Source: Vairimorpha necatrix
Lineage: Eukaryota
Length of the DNA: 64,000 nt
Reading direction: 5' to 3'
Assembly: GCA_036630325.1 (NCBI GenBank)
Contig: CP142736.1
Coordinates: 868,001-932,000 of the forward strand
In this document: in pieces, positions 25,249-37,286 of the stretch
How positions within the stretch are numbered: the stretch's first letter is position 1
Layout: each line of letters opens with the position of its first letter
Notes under the pieces: model-generated
Database searches by the model: none
What the model saw: the letters and a program-made list of their open reading frames with translations, nothing else
Told to the model about the DNA's origin: nothing
Program-made: the position numbers and the translations under genes

Positions 25249-26965
25249 TTAAATTGATTTTTTAAAGATTTCATTTATACTTAAACAGTTAATGGATATA
25301 GCGTCAAGGTTATTACACAAAATTAATAAATTTTTAAGGATCTCATGTAACGCTTGTATTTCTTCTTTATCATTATTAATAGCATTTAGATAATGATGTA
25401 TGAAAAAATTTACAAATATCTCAAATCTTTCAACTATTTGATATTTATTAGTCAAAATTTTACATCTAGTGGGTAAAGTGTCATAAAAATGGATTATTTT
25501 TATGCTATCAAATTTAATAAGGTACTGTCTAGCAGCGGTGTATTCTTTTATGCTATCAATAAACTGTTCAAAAAAATCGAATTGTTCTCTGATATCATTC
25601 GAATATTCATCATGATGAACAGCATTTACCGCTGTCCTAATAATATTTAAGTAGTTTTTTAGAGACGTATAGTATGGAAATAACTTCATTCGTATATTAG
25701 CTTTTTCATTAAAATACTTTTTAACTTCATTTTTAGGCATGTTTTTGATAAAATGTATTTTAAAATATTTTTTATCATCTTCATAATTCCAATAACTAAT
25801 TTCAATATTCAATGCGTATTTTAAGTATTTATAATCTGATATATTTTGAAAAGAATTGATTTCGGAAGTAGTGATATTATTTTTCATGTCAACGTGCTGT
25901 ACGTATAAATTATCACCGAAAATTGTAGTCTTAGATAAAAGATCATGATTTTTATTAAATTTAGAGGAGGTGATAAGATCAAAAAAACAATCATTATTGA
26001 TATTTGATTTTCTCATTGTTTTTGAGATTTCAGTTGCAGTGTCAATTAGAGGAAATGCACGTGTTTCATTATTTTTAGTGGAGGTGGGGTACTTTAGACC
26101 CCCCCCTTTGAAGCGCTTCAATTTTTTTTTCGAACCCCAAAGCTGAAGTGCACAAAAAAAGAGGAGCAAGAAAGGGACAAAAATTTCTTATCACTTTAAA
26201 CATTAAAAATACAAAATAAATATATATTTATGTACACAATTATATTTTAATACAAGTTTTTACAATAATATAAACCAATAAGCTAATTTTGCCCTTCTGA
26301 TTTTTTAGAATTGGGGACAAAAACGCTCCCCTCTGAGAGTGTTCACTTTATAATTTTGAACCCCAAAAACGAAGTGCAAAATAAAGGAGAAGCAATCATT
26401 AGTACTCAAATTACTTGCATCTTCAAACAGTAAAAATACCTAATAAATATATATTTGTATACGAAATTTAATTTAAAAAAAGATTATAACCATAAAACTA
26501 TATAATTCTTTATAACTTAACATATTTAAATTAAATTTTTTGATTTAACAATATGTGTAGATCGTTGAACATTTATTTAAATTTTCTTTTATAAATAATA
26601 TTTATAATTTCAATTGTTGGTTTATTATGAAAGTAGATTTTTGAAGAAAATCTACTTTCATAATAAACCAACAATTAAAAAAAATTGAAAAAATAAGAAG
26701 GGCGAAAAAAGACACAATACTTCAAATGATTATTATAACTAAATCTAAAATTAATTTTTGTATAAAAGCATATATTTATTTGTTATTTTTAATGTTTAAA
26801 GTGATAAGAAATTTTTGTCCCTTTCTTGCTCCTCTTTTTTTTGCACTTCAATTTTGGGGTTCGAAAAAAAAATTGAAGCGATTCAAAGGGGGGGGGTCTA
26901 AAGTATCCTTCACCCATTTTTAGTTATTATCTCAGAACAGTTGCAAATAAAACATATTGTAACAT
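25249..26965 (-). pseudogene. MLQY-family copy 4, interrupted by a Merlin-type MITE
   Basis: The original start aCCCatacATG (MLQYVLFA) is at 26965. The MITE is inserted ~50 nt into the CDS, and the 5' fragment also has a 1-nt deletion relative to paralogs. The downstream ~277 codons (26079 to 25249) remain open, with DEYSNDIREQFDFF and IVERFEIF. Confidence 0.88.
26080..26915. mobile_element. Merlin-type MITE (836 bp)
   Basis: GG...CC termini; 9-bp TSD ATTTTTAGT (26071-26079, 26916-26924); long TIRs (actttagacccccccctttgaa...) sharing the ttttcgaaccccaaa...gaggagcaa core with the Merlin element at 30219. Confidence 0.92.
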
Positions 26966-28848
26966 GTATGGGTTGTTTTCTTTGTAATAATGTTGGGTTG
27001 CCAAAAAATATTGATATTTTAATTTAAAGCTTTATTTAAAAGTTCTATATTGCATTACATGTTTCAAAATTTTCATGAAATGTAACTGAACATAAAAATA
27101 TATGTAGTTATAGACAGAGGCGCAATTTACGCGAACTAATTATACTAATGCTTTTGAAGTCATTTTGATGTAGTACTATTGAGAAAAAATAGAGGAAAAA
27201 AAATCATGAGAAAAGTAATTATAACAAGGATGCTATAAAATTTAATACCAACGATTCATATAAAGTAACACACACGTAAAATTTTATTTGCTAATAGAGA
27301 TTTGTTTCACTAAATGTATAAAGCACACATTTATTGCATATTTAAATATTTGAATTGTTTTACAGTCCTCAAAAAATTCTACATAATATACAACACTTTT
27401 TTTTTTATTTTTTGCTTCATATTCCATATATTAAGGTATTTTTTACCTGCAGAGAAAGCTTGATGCGAAAGTCTTCTTTTAAATTATAAAATGAACATAA
27501 GAATAATTCTTACAAGGCCTAGAAAGTATTATATAACGAGTGTAAAAGCTTACTCATGTGTTTAAGAAAATACCCAGAGAAGAACTATAGCTTACAGAAT
27601 TTCTTTTCTTTGAGTAACTTTTAGAGACTCCACGTATTATAAATGTTCCGTAATGTTATTCATTTACCATAGATGTAGAATTGTTAAAAAAATAAAAATA
27701 AAATCATCTGTAAAAACTTATTTGGACTAAAAGACAACTTGAGGTACGCACTTGGAGCCGTATTTTTGCCTATATGAAAAAATTTCAAAAAATACGTAGC
27801 ACTTTTAATTTAAAAAAGATAAAACAATATATATAATTTATTTGGGTATAATATTCGGCTTATTAATTACTTTTCACAAGATACGCTTACAGTCTCATCT
27901 GGCAGTTGAATGACTTCCTTCTGAGGTTCACTCATTGGGCTCTTGAAGACCCCTTCCTGATCTGTATCAAGCCCATGTCTGGCTGACATAGTTAGGCTTT
28001 CTAAAGTCATTTTAAGGACTCTTGACTGTATATATGCTTCCGTTCTGGGTTAAAAAGATAAAACACATATTTATTAGATATAAAATATCTTTTTCGTCAC
28101 ATAAAGCTGTAAGACCATATCTTTATATTTATATATACTTATTTTATTTAATTCTCATTTTACATATATATAAAAAATTTTATACAGTAATATAAGTATC
28201 AAAAGATCAATACAGAATTGTTTTCTTTTTAAAATTGATTCTGCTTCGGGAGATAATTTTTTAAGTACTTCTTTATAAAATAAACATAGTTATAAAAAAA
28301 AAACAAAATTAAGCGAGAAAATTCTTATTGCTGGAAATGAAAGTAATAAACATAACTCTACTTTTTGTATTGAATAGTTTTGTTATTTATGATTTAGATC
28401 GCCGGAATTAAATTTGAATTTATTTAAACCAAAAACGACAATGAGTGTTTTTTTGTTCTTTTAAGTTCAAAAACATATCTTTGAATATTAACGCCCCTTC
28501 TTTTTAGCAGATACCAACATCTGTAGTTATTTGTCTCTTTAAAATCTTCCTAGTGTATCCTCGTCTTCAAACTAGATAGGTAGATATTTAAGTCTTTTTT
28601 TAGAACAAAAATACATGATTTACCGTCGATAATATGATAAATTATATGATATCCATTATATACTTCTATACAAAAAAAAATATTTACTAGATTTAAACCT
28701 TATAGCAATATTTAGATAATAATGATTAATGAAAACGGTGTTCATTTTTTTGTCATAATCTAATAATTATAAATAATAAATCTTTTTAATATTATTATAA
28801 AGGTTGTTGATTTATAAAATATTGTAATTGAAGTTTTTTTAATTGAGA

Positions 28849-29733
28849 TTAACTTTTTGTGTTAGTTTCCCATAAAAGCTCTACGACTTTATTAGAATTT
28901 AAGGTTATCTTTCGTAGATTCGAAAACAACCTTTTAACTTTACAGTGTATCGTTTCAAAAGCGCATTGTATTGCATTTTTTTCGATTTCATTATAAATAA
29001 TAATATATTTATATTCGAAAAATGCCTTAAATATCTCAAATCTATCGACTATATTGAATTCTTCCTTAAAAGTATTCATTCTGATAGGCAAATTGCCATA
29101 AAATTCCATTATTTTGGAACTATTATATTTATAACTTAAATTTTTGGCAGTAGTAAAGATTTTCAAATAACCGAAAATCTCTTCAAAAAAATCTAATTGG
29201 TCTTTTAAATCATCTGAATACTCATCATAAGTGATCTTATTTAATGCTATTTTAATTATAGTAAGCAATTGATTAAAATTTTTATAAAACACTGCAAACT
29301 CACGTTTAACGTATTTTTTTGATTTTTCAAACATTCTTATTTCATTTTCATCCATACGATTATTTTTGTGCCATTTAAGATTGTCATCATGATCTTCAAT
29401 ATTCCATATATTTATTTGATCACACAATTTCTGTTTCAATGATTTATAATCAATAATATTTAGTAGACCGTTGACGCCCAAAGTGATTATTCTTTTTTTT
29501 CTGTTAACATATTGTAGGTATGAACTATTATATTCTGAAGTACTAGACGAAGGATCTGCTTTTTTATTTTTTATTGAAGGGGTTATCAGTACATAAAAAT
29601 CTGCACAATCAGTATCTAATTTTTTGTTATTTTTTGAATTATCTGGATAATAGAGAACCTTAGGGAAAAAATCAGGTTCTTTATTGTAGTTTTTCACCTC
29701 AGAACAAACTACTAAAAAAAGATATTGTAACAT
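28849..29733 (-). CDS. MLQY-family putative secreted protein, copy 5 (294 aa)
   Basis: Intact ORF; aCCCCCatatATG start; MLQYLFLVVCSE; motifs DEYSDDLKDQLDFF and IVDRFEIF. Confidence 0.87.
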   Translation of the reverse strand: MLQYLFLVVCSEVKNYNKEPDFFPKVLYYPDNSKNNKKLDTDCADFYVLITPSIKNKKADPSSSTSEYNSSYLQYVNRKKRIITLGVNGLLNIIDYKSLKQKLCDQINIWNIEDHDDNLKWHKNNRMDENEIRMFEKSKKYVKREFAVFYKNFNQLLTIIKIALNKITYDEYSDDLKDQLDFFEEIFGYLKIFTTAKNLSYKYNSSKIMEFYGNLPIRMNTFKEEFNIVDRFEIFKAFFEYKYIIIYNEIEKNAIQCAFETIHCKVKRLFSNLRKITLNSNKVVELLWETNTKS

Positions 29734-30415
29734 ATATGGGGGTTTTTAATATTTAATTTAAATAAAATATAAAAACATGCACCAATTTAATAATCATAAG
29801 ACCACAATAAAAACAGTGAATTTATATATACAATCCAAAAATTTACAAATAAAAAGTACATCAAAACTTTTTAAAAAAATTGTTGTTTTCATCTGTCAAA
29901 ATAAGATTGCGTATTTAGCTAATAATTATAATCAAAAATAGAATGTCTGGATTATCTAAATAAAACCTCAATAGATGTTTTAAAACATAATAATAATTGT
30001 ACTTATAAACTAATATTAACGATTTTACATAATGAATATTTGATGTACATTACTACATCACATAGACAGATGTCACCCCCATCATCTGTCACTTATGTCC
30101 GAAGACATGTCAACCATTTCAAGTGGCCTTTCAAGATGAAACACACAAACAAACAAACTTAAGTGGGATGGTCGTTACTACATTCGTAAGTACGCCAAAG
30201 TTTGTGTTTAGTGTTGACGGCCAAAGAGAACTTACAGCCCCCGCATTTGAGGCGCTACGATTTTTTTTTCAAACCCCAAAAATAAAGTGTAAAAAAGGAG
30301 GAGCAAAGAAGAAACGAAAATTACTAGGCACTTATGATATTAAAAATACTAAATAAAAACATAAAATAATTTTAAATTATATTTTAAACACATATATTTA
30401 ATTAAAAATTTTATT

Positions 30416-31140
30416 TATTAAGATTTCTGCTGGGTCATTAGTGTTATTTCTTCTAAATGCAAACATATTAAAGAGTGTTTTATATCTTTAACTGTTCGAT
30501 TTCGAACTGGTACTACTCTTTTTTACTGCAGACCAAGTTCCTTCGATTGTATTGATATGTACTCCATTCGTTGGATTTACGAAACCGATTGAATGGTTTA
30601 CTGTATAGTGTTCGTAGATTCCTATTTTTTTTAAATTTACGTATCCTTTCCAACAATCTGTATATATTATGGAACCAGGTAGTACATACTCTTTGATTAG
30701 ATCTTCCAAGGTTTCAGCCTTACTATTTTTTACTTGAATTAAAACATCCCCCTTTCAATTGTCCTTTCGACCATTCCAAGTACCCAGACTCCGTCAACTT
30801 TGTGCCCTTTATTGTATTTTCTTTTTGCGAATTTTGATTCATCGATTTCTACAATAACAATTGGGCCTCCAATCTTCTTATTTCCGTTAACATTTTTACT
30901 AACTTTACTAATAATCGTATTAATTGTTTTTTTACTCATAGATAAAATGGTTTTCATAGTTTTAGAAGGAGTAATATCAAGAAATAAAAAAACACCTGGC
31001 TTATTTTCAACCATGGCAGTCTTGCTTTGAAAAAAAGGTTTTTTTTTGTTAGAATTGTTTCTCTTCTACACGCTCTCGTCGAACATTTGAGTTCATTTGA
31101 GGCTTTTTTATTTAACTTTAAATTTCCTTGGGGGTTTTCT
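30416..31140 (-). pseudogene. Frameshifted ISXO2-like (Merlin) DDE transposase
   Basis: ORFs 30739..31014 ([31 protein letters not shown]) and 30488..30709 (IYTDCWKGY, HYTVNHS, HINTIEGTW) carry the ISXO2/Merlin motifs in different frames. Outer limits approximate. Confidence 0.9.
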
Positions 31141-31248
31141 ATATTGAAATTTATAAAATTTATTAAAATTTATTAAAATTTAAATTATTAATTACAACAT
31201 ATAATTAGACAATGTTGGTTTAAAATATAATTTAAAATCATTTTATCA

Positions 31249-31764
31249 TCATATATATAAAAGAATTTTATTTAATTTTTTACCCCTCTTTTTTGTGGTT
31301 TCAAAAATTCTAAACTTCTTATTATTGCTTATTGTGTTATTATAATAGCAAAAATGAATTTAAAGCACTAATTTGAATATTATAAGTATGTACAATTAAT
31401 GTTATTACTTTTTTGATTTAATTATTATTTTTGTAAAATTCAGTTCCAAAATATCGTCAGAATCGTTTTTTAGAATTTATTTGACCCTTCCACAAAAATT
31501 GTAAAAACATTTGACAAATAAAGATTTTAAATGTAAGTGTCAAAAATTGAGCTTAGAAGTTCATAAAATTATCTCATTGAGATTATTAAATGTTTTAAAA
31601 CAATATTACTTCTTATATGTTGCTAAAAAGTATTTTTAAAAATCATGTTTTCTCCTTTTTAAATTCATTATCCTTAATGGAAACTTAACGGAAATTACCA
31701 ATTAGGGACATATTAAAAACCAAACATTTAGATCCCGTTTTCAAAACGGGAAATCATACGCTAG
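31249..31764 (+). mobile_element. Non-autonomous Helitron, tandem copy 1
   Basis: Starts TC after an A; ends with hairpin CCCGTTTTCAAAACGGG, a 10-nt spacer and CTAG; no TSD. Confidence 0.88.
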
Positions 31765-32285
31765 TCATATATATAAAAGAATTTTATTTAATTTTTTACC
31801 CCTCTTTTTTGCCAATTTGAAATTTCTAAACGATATGTTCTGCACTTATTATGTTATTATAATATCAAATTTGAACTCAATGCTTAAATTTGATAATTGT
31901 AAGTGCGTATACTATATGTTAATACTTTTTTATTCTATTTATTATTTTTAGAAAACTCAGTTCCAAAATATCATCAGAATCGTTTTTTAGAATTTATTTA
32001 ACCCTTCTATGAAAAATTGTAAAAATATTTAACCAATAATTATTTTGAATGTAAGTGTCAAAATTTAAACTTAGAACTTCCCAAAATTATCAAATTGAGA
32101 TTATAAAATGTTTTAAATCAATACTTCTTCTTATATGTTGCTAAAAAGTATTTTTAAAAATCATGTCTTCACCCTGTCAAATTCAATCATCCCAAAATGG
32201 AAACTTAACAAAATTTACTGAGACGGGACAAATTATAAAACTAAACATTTAGATCCCGTTTTCAAAACGGGAAAGCATACACTAG
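31765..32285 (+). mobile_element. Non-autonomous Helitron, tandem copy 2
   Basis: Starts TC immediately after the CTAG of copy 1; same hairpin and CTAG end, followed by T. Removing 31249-32285 restores the Merlin TIR at an A|T site. Confidence 0.88.
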
Positions 32286-32599
32286 TATTTTTATATAGTA
32301 TTTTATTATCATAAGTGCCTAGTAATTTTCGTCTCTACTTTGCTCCTCCTTTTTTTACACTTCATTTTTGGGGTTCGAAAAAAAAATCGTAGCGCCTCAA
32401 ATGCGGGGGCTGTAAGTATCCCAGCTCCAGTGTTGACAAAGAATAATTAATTAAAAAAAAAATATAAAAGAAAATCTGTCTTTGAAGGGGATGGAGTATA
32501 AGAGAAATAGAGAAACCATCAATAAAACATTATTAAATTATAACTTCTAGAAAGCTATTACAAAAATAGCAAAGTTCCTTTTATACAGGACAGAATATA

Positions 32600-33510
32600 T
32601 AGAAAATACACTGTACTGAATATTAAAAAGTAGTTTTTACGCTCATAACAAAAAATTTCTAAGTTTTCTAGCATATGGGACATTAGTATTAAATATTTTA
32701 TGCAAATAATTGATGTAATTCCTATGCGCATAAAGTTAAAAAGAATATTTATAATTTTTAAAATGGAATCATTTTATCAAATTAAATGATATAAATAAAT
32801 CTTTTACGAAAGCAAATTTTTTCGCAAATAATTCAGAAACTAGTGTGTGATGAAAATGTAATTTTTTCAATTTTTCATTTATTTTCTGAAATATTTGTTT
32901 TTTATTTTTTATAATATTGTCTATATTTTTTAATATGCTATTAGATATTCTTAGTACACAGATCCATAATATTTATTTTCATTATTCTTTACATTGATCT
33001 TTCATATAAAACTTTTATAATCTTGGAAATATTTCTCTTAAATATTTATAGTGATCATAATATCGCTTCAGTCATGTTAAACATGAAAATAACCAATTTT
33101 TTGTTATATTCCCTATAATATTTAAAATAAAAAAACGAGAACAAGAAAGATATAAAATTCAAATAAAATTATAATTCTATCTGTATTTCCTTCAACCATA
33201 TAATATAATTAACAAAAAAATTACATTTTTTGAAATAAGTCTTTAAACTCTCCGATGCTAAATCTTATACATTTAAATTATATTCGTATTAATTTAGTTA
33301 TTATGTGTTATTGAACAGCATAGTATTAAATGTGGATATCTCTCATAAATCACATATTTCATATTATTTTAGACAGTAAATTATAGGAAAATCTACTATC
33401 TAATATATTATTCTTTTTTTAATAATTTTTTTGGTCTATAAAGAACTTAGGAGATACTAATTAAACACTCCATACGTTTAGATCTTTTTGACATATAATT
33501 TATCAATATT
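32600..33510 (-). pseudogene. Possible highly decayed MLQY-family copy
   Basis: ttggtctataaagaacttagg (~33431) resembles ctggataatagagaaccttagg (PKVLYYP) of copy 5; the position and orientation fit the array. Weak evidence. Confidence 0.3.
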
Positions 33511-35899
33511 AACGCTAACGATATAGAATGATGCGAATTGGTTTTTGTTTAATAGTAAATTATAAAAGGATATATCCTTTATTTTATAATTATTTAACGT
33601 TTCAAAAAAAATTTATACTATACTGATTTATCAATCCTTTCGTAACATATTTCTAAATGTAAATAAAGCAATTTTGAATGAATAAATGAAAGTAAAAATA
33701 CATGGAAATTTATATAATAATATAAAAGGTTAATTTGATAAAAAGTGTTATTTTAGTAAAACTTTTCCATGTTTTTTTCCTTGTCGTTTTTAGCTTTAAC
33801 TTTCAAAAAACTAGATTAAAATATAAATTACTTTTTGATTTTTATTGGTTTACAACTAAAATTATGATATAATCAATCGGCCTATCTACGTACTTACGTT
33901 AGTTGAATTTTTCAAATACAAGAAATGCAATTTAAATGATTACTTTGTCGTATTTTATGGCGACAGAAAATTTTTTAAGGGAGATGTTTGTATGTTAGCA
34001 TAAATTGTTTTTGTTAAGAATTATAATTTCATTCCTATATAATTTAAGACTCAAGAAATTTTTTTTTTCGTATTTGTTTCGTCCGTTAAAAAAACTATAA
34101 CTCTTATTTAGGTGTTAATATCACGGAAAGATTAAATAAGAAACGATTTTAAAACAATTTACAATTTAATAACGACCAACATGTATAAAACACGATTTCC
34201 TAATAATTTGTTAATTTTATTTTACACTTAAAAACTCTCGAGAACATATATGGATTTAGAGGAAGGGAGACTTTTAATTTTTATACAAAGACAGTTTATA
34301 AAAAACAGATTTATCCTTGTAGAAGTTTAATGGCCTGACCAATATGATATACAAATTACTAAACATAATATGGTACTTTAAATTCTTTACATGTTTGTAA
34401 ACTTAACACATTGTTTTCCGAGTTAAATTGCAATATATAGATCGAGCAGCATCCAATTTTTATAATTTTGTTATATATGATAAAATACATTATAGATTCG
34501 GAATTTTAAAGTGACATTTATTTACTTTCTAAAATTAAACAAACAAAAGCACAAAGACGAGACGTACAAGTAAAGAGACATAGGGCTAATCAAAGAATTA
34601 AAACCCACTTTGGAACCAAATTGCGCAAATAATTTTTTTTAAAATAATAAGAAAAGACAAGATTTGAATTAGAAATAAAAAACATAGGACATTTACATTT
34701 TAGCAGATTTTTTAGATGGTTCCAAATTATACAACGCTAATGTATCAAAGTATTAAATTTTGAATAATTAAATTTACGAATGATATCTGGCTGAATATAG
34801 TTGAACACGAAAGGGTGTAATAAAACTAACATTGATAATTCCAAATAAAACATTAAAAAAAGTAATTTTATCATAATTGTTACATATACGCCAATAAAAA
34901 GTATTTGGATGGTGGTTATGAATTTTTCATCAAGGAAATTAATTTTGACGCTTTTCGTATGATTCCACCACCTTTATTTGTACATATACGATAATGATCA
35001 GTATTTCATCATAATTTTGTGTTAAAAATATAACATAACTAAAAATTATTTGTTTTCAAAAATTCTATTGTATTTTTTTAAATTTAAATTGCTTAATTTT
35101 TTTTAATATGAATTGCTTTATTTTTTCTGTCAAGGATTTATTTTTTTATATTTTTTCGTCTCTTTTTTTTTCTTTAAAAGTAAGAATATAAGAAAATACA
35201 ACACAGAAGACATATTTAATTAAGGGATACTTATTTGCTCGGTTGTTATGAATTTAAATCTTTGTAAAATAAATATAAGATACGGGCGATAAGCTCTAAA
35301 AACCAGATTGGCTCTGCCTTCTACGGAATTAATTGCCTTTTCTATTTATATTAGTGAAAATTATTTGTACGAGATATGATAGAATAGGAGAAAAAATTGC
35401 AGCGGATAAATTCTTTGTAATAATGATATGAATCGTTAACTATTATAAACTATTAATATGCCTCTTCACAACTCCTGATCTTTAGCGCTAATTTATTACC
35501 ATCTAAACATCTTTTACGTAAAATTTTCCACGGGCAAGACTCTGAATCGAAAAGTTAAAAATTCGAATCCTCTGACTTATAAAGTTCAATCTTCGAAATC
35601 TGCCTTTATAATCCATCGAAAGGCACTAAATAATAAGCTCAAAAGTTACATTATTTGCAAATATTGAAACATCAAATCAGTATACTTATTTTTGGCCTTA
35701 CTATAAAATTAAAATATGACGTAAACACGTTTTCACTAAACTTCTCAAAATAAGGAATAAGTAACGGGATCGAAAAAATCCGTTAGACGCATGCTCTATC
35801 ATATCTTAGAAAAGGAATGAATGTATAAATCGAGATCTGTAACTTAAATATATGGCGAAATATTATTTAGCTTATTAAGCTTTAATAGGCACTTGTAGT

Positions 35900-36810
35900 T
35901 ATGAAGCAAAAAATCTTTAATGTGGATTTTTGAAACTTATAGCTAATAGAAATTGGCATATGTTACTTAGTAGGTTTTTTAGCTAAAATTGGTTTGTTAT
36001 TTATTATGACTGGCTGCCATGGCTTACATATAGCTAAGCAATATTTTTAAATCTTATTATAGTTATAAAATGAATTTTTAATAATGATAAATTTATTCAA
36101 AGGATTTTAGTATTTTTATTCATAAGATCTTCATTTCAAACAAAAATCGACTAATATGTTATATGTGTCAAACTTTTACAAGAATTTAGATTCAATTTAA
36201 TGGTATGAAGATCATAATAGCAAAGCACATAATAATAAATTATTCCGTCAATTTTCGAGGGAAATTGTTTTGACAATTCAAATCTAATCATAAACAATTG
36301 ATCTTTAAATCATCCAAATTCATCATGTTCATATGAATTTTTGGTTTTTTGAAAAAATAATGTGATCGTCTACAGATCTGTATAGTTGTGAAAATCTACA
36401 TTATATAGCAGATTTTGAATTCTAAAACCTATATGGCATTTTTTTTAAAATAAAAATTTCTTTATATTAATATTTTGGTTGTCATTTTCTATTTCCTAGA
36501 TATTTTTGCACTCTCATTTTTTTTCGATTATTAATAATCTATAGATTTTGTAGCTAATTTCATTTTATATAATTAGTTTGAGGTAGAATAAATGAAGCTT
36601 ATAAGAAAATGTCATTTGAACAAGATGTACAACTATATTATCCTTTTCAATTTTTTTAAGGAGCCAAAAGGTGTTCATGACAATCCCAATGAATGATATA
36701 TATTTGTCCTTTTTTATTTCTCTCTAGTATAGATATTTGAGGATTTTTTTTTAATTTGTTGAGTTTGATCTCAGAACAGATTATCATAAATAAAAATGCA
36801 ATATATATGA
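35900..36810 (-). pseudogene. Decayed MLQY-family copy
   Basis: Minus strand reads FLFMIICSEIK (cf. YLFLVVCSEVK) at ~36790 and HDEFG*FKDQL (cf. YDEYSDDLKDQL) at ~36310, at about the expected spacing; multiple stops. Confidence 0.55.
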
Positions 36811-37286
36811 TCAAAAATTTGTAATTTTTTTTGATGAAGATGAATGGATTAAAAAACATGTGCAAATAAATATCAGAAGATATATATTAACACAACTTAA
36901 AATTTTAAGATGGGAAGTATATGATTCTATGCGTATGGCTGATGGTAAAACAAAAAAATAAAGGGGAAGAAGTTACAGAAAAAAAAATATATACAGATGT
37001 ATAGAAACATTTGAAAGGTTATAATGTCATACACTGAATTGATCTTAGTCTCATTACAAAAAAAACGAAAATGCACAAATAGATAACAATATAATATTAA
37101 TATTTTCTATGGTAAAAAATCTAAATAAGAAATAAATGACACTCATAAAAAGCGACAGTTTTAATGATTTAATATATGAAATTAAATATTATTTGACATT
37201 ATAAAAACAACCTTTTCAGATTAAGATAAAATTTTTTGTCACATATTTAAGTTATATTTTTGTTTTTGCATGATTTTTTTCCCACT

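Larger units (their letters stand above)
30219..32428 (-). mobile_element. Merlin (IS1595/ISXO2-like) DNA transposon, defective, with Helitrons nested in one TIR
   Basis: GG...CC termini; 9-bp TSD AGTGTTGAC (30210-30218, 32429-32437); TIR core acttacagcccccgcatttgaggcgctacga at both ends; transposase fragments inside. Confidence 0.93.

Noticed and set aside
26726-26923. ORFs 26726..26923 and 30123..30356, and the N-terminus of 25249..26169
   Set aside because: These are translations of MITE/Merlin TIR sequence, not genes.
30041-32521. Possible solo LTR (TGATG...CATCA, hairpin-rich) hosting the Merlin insertion
   Set aside because: Flanks ATATT / ATAAA are not a convincing TSD and no second copy is present in the window.
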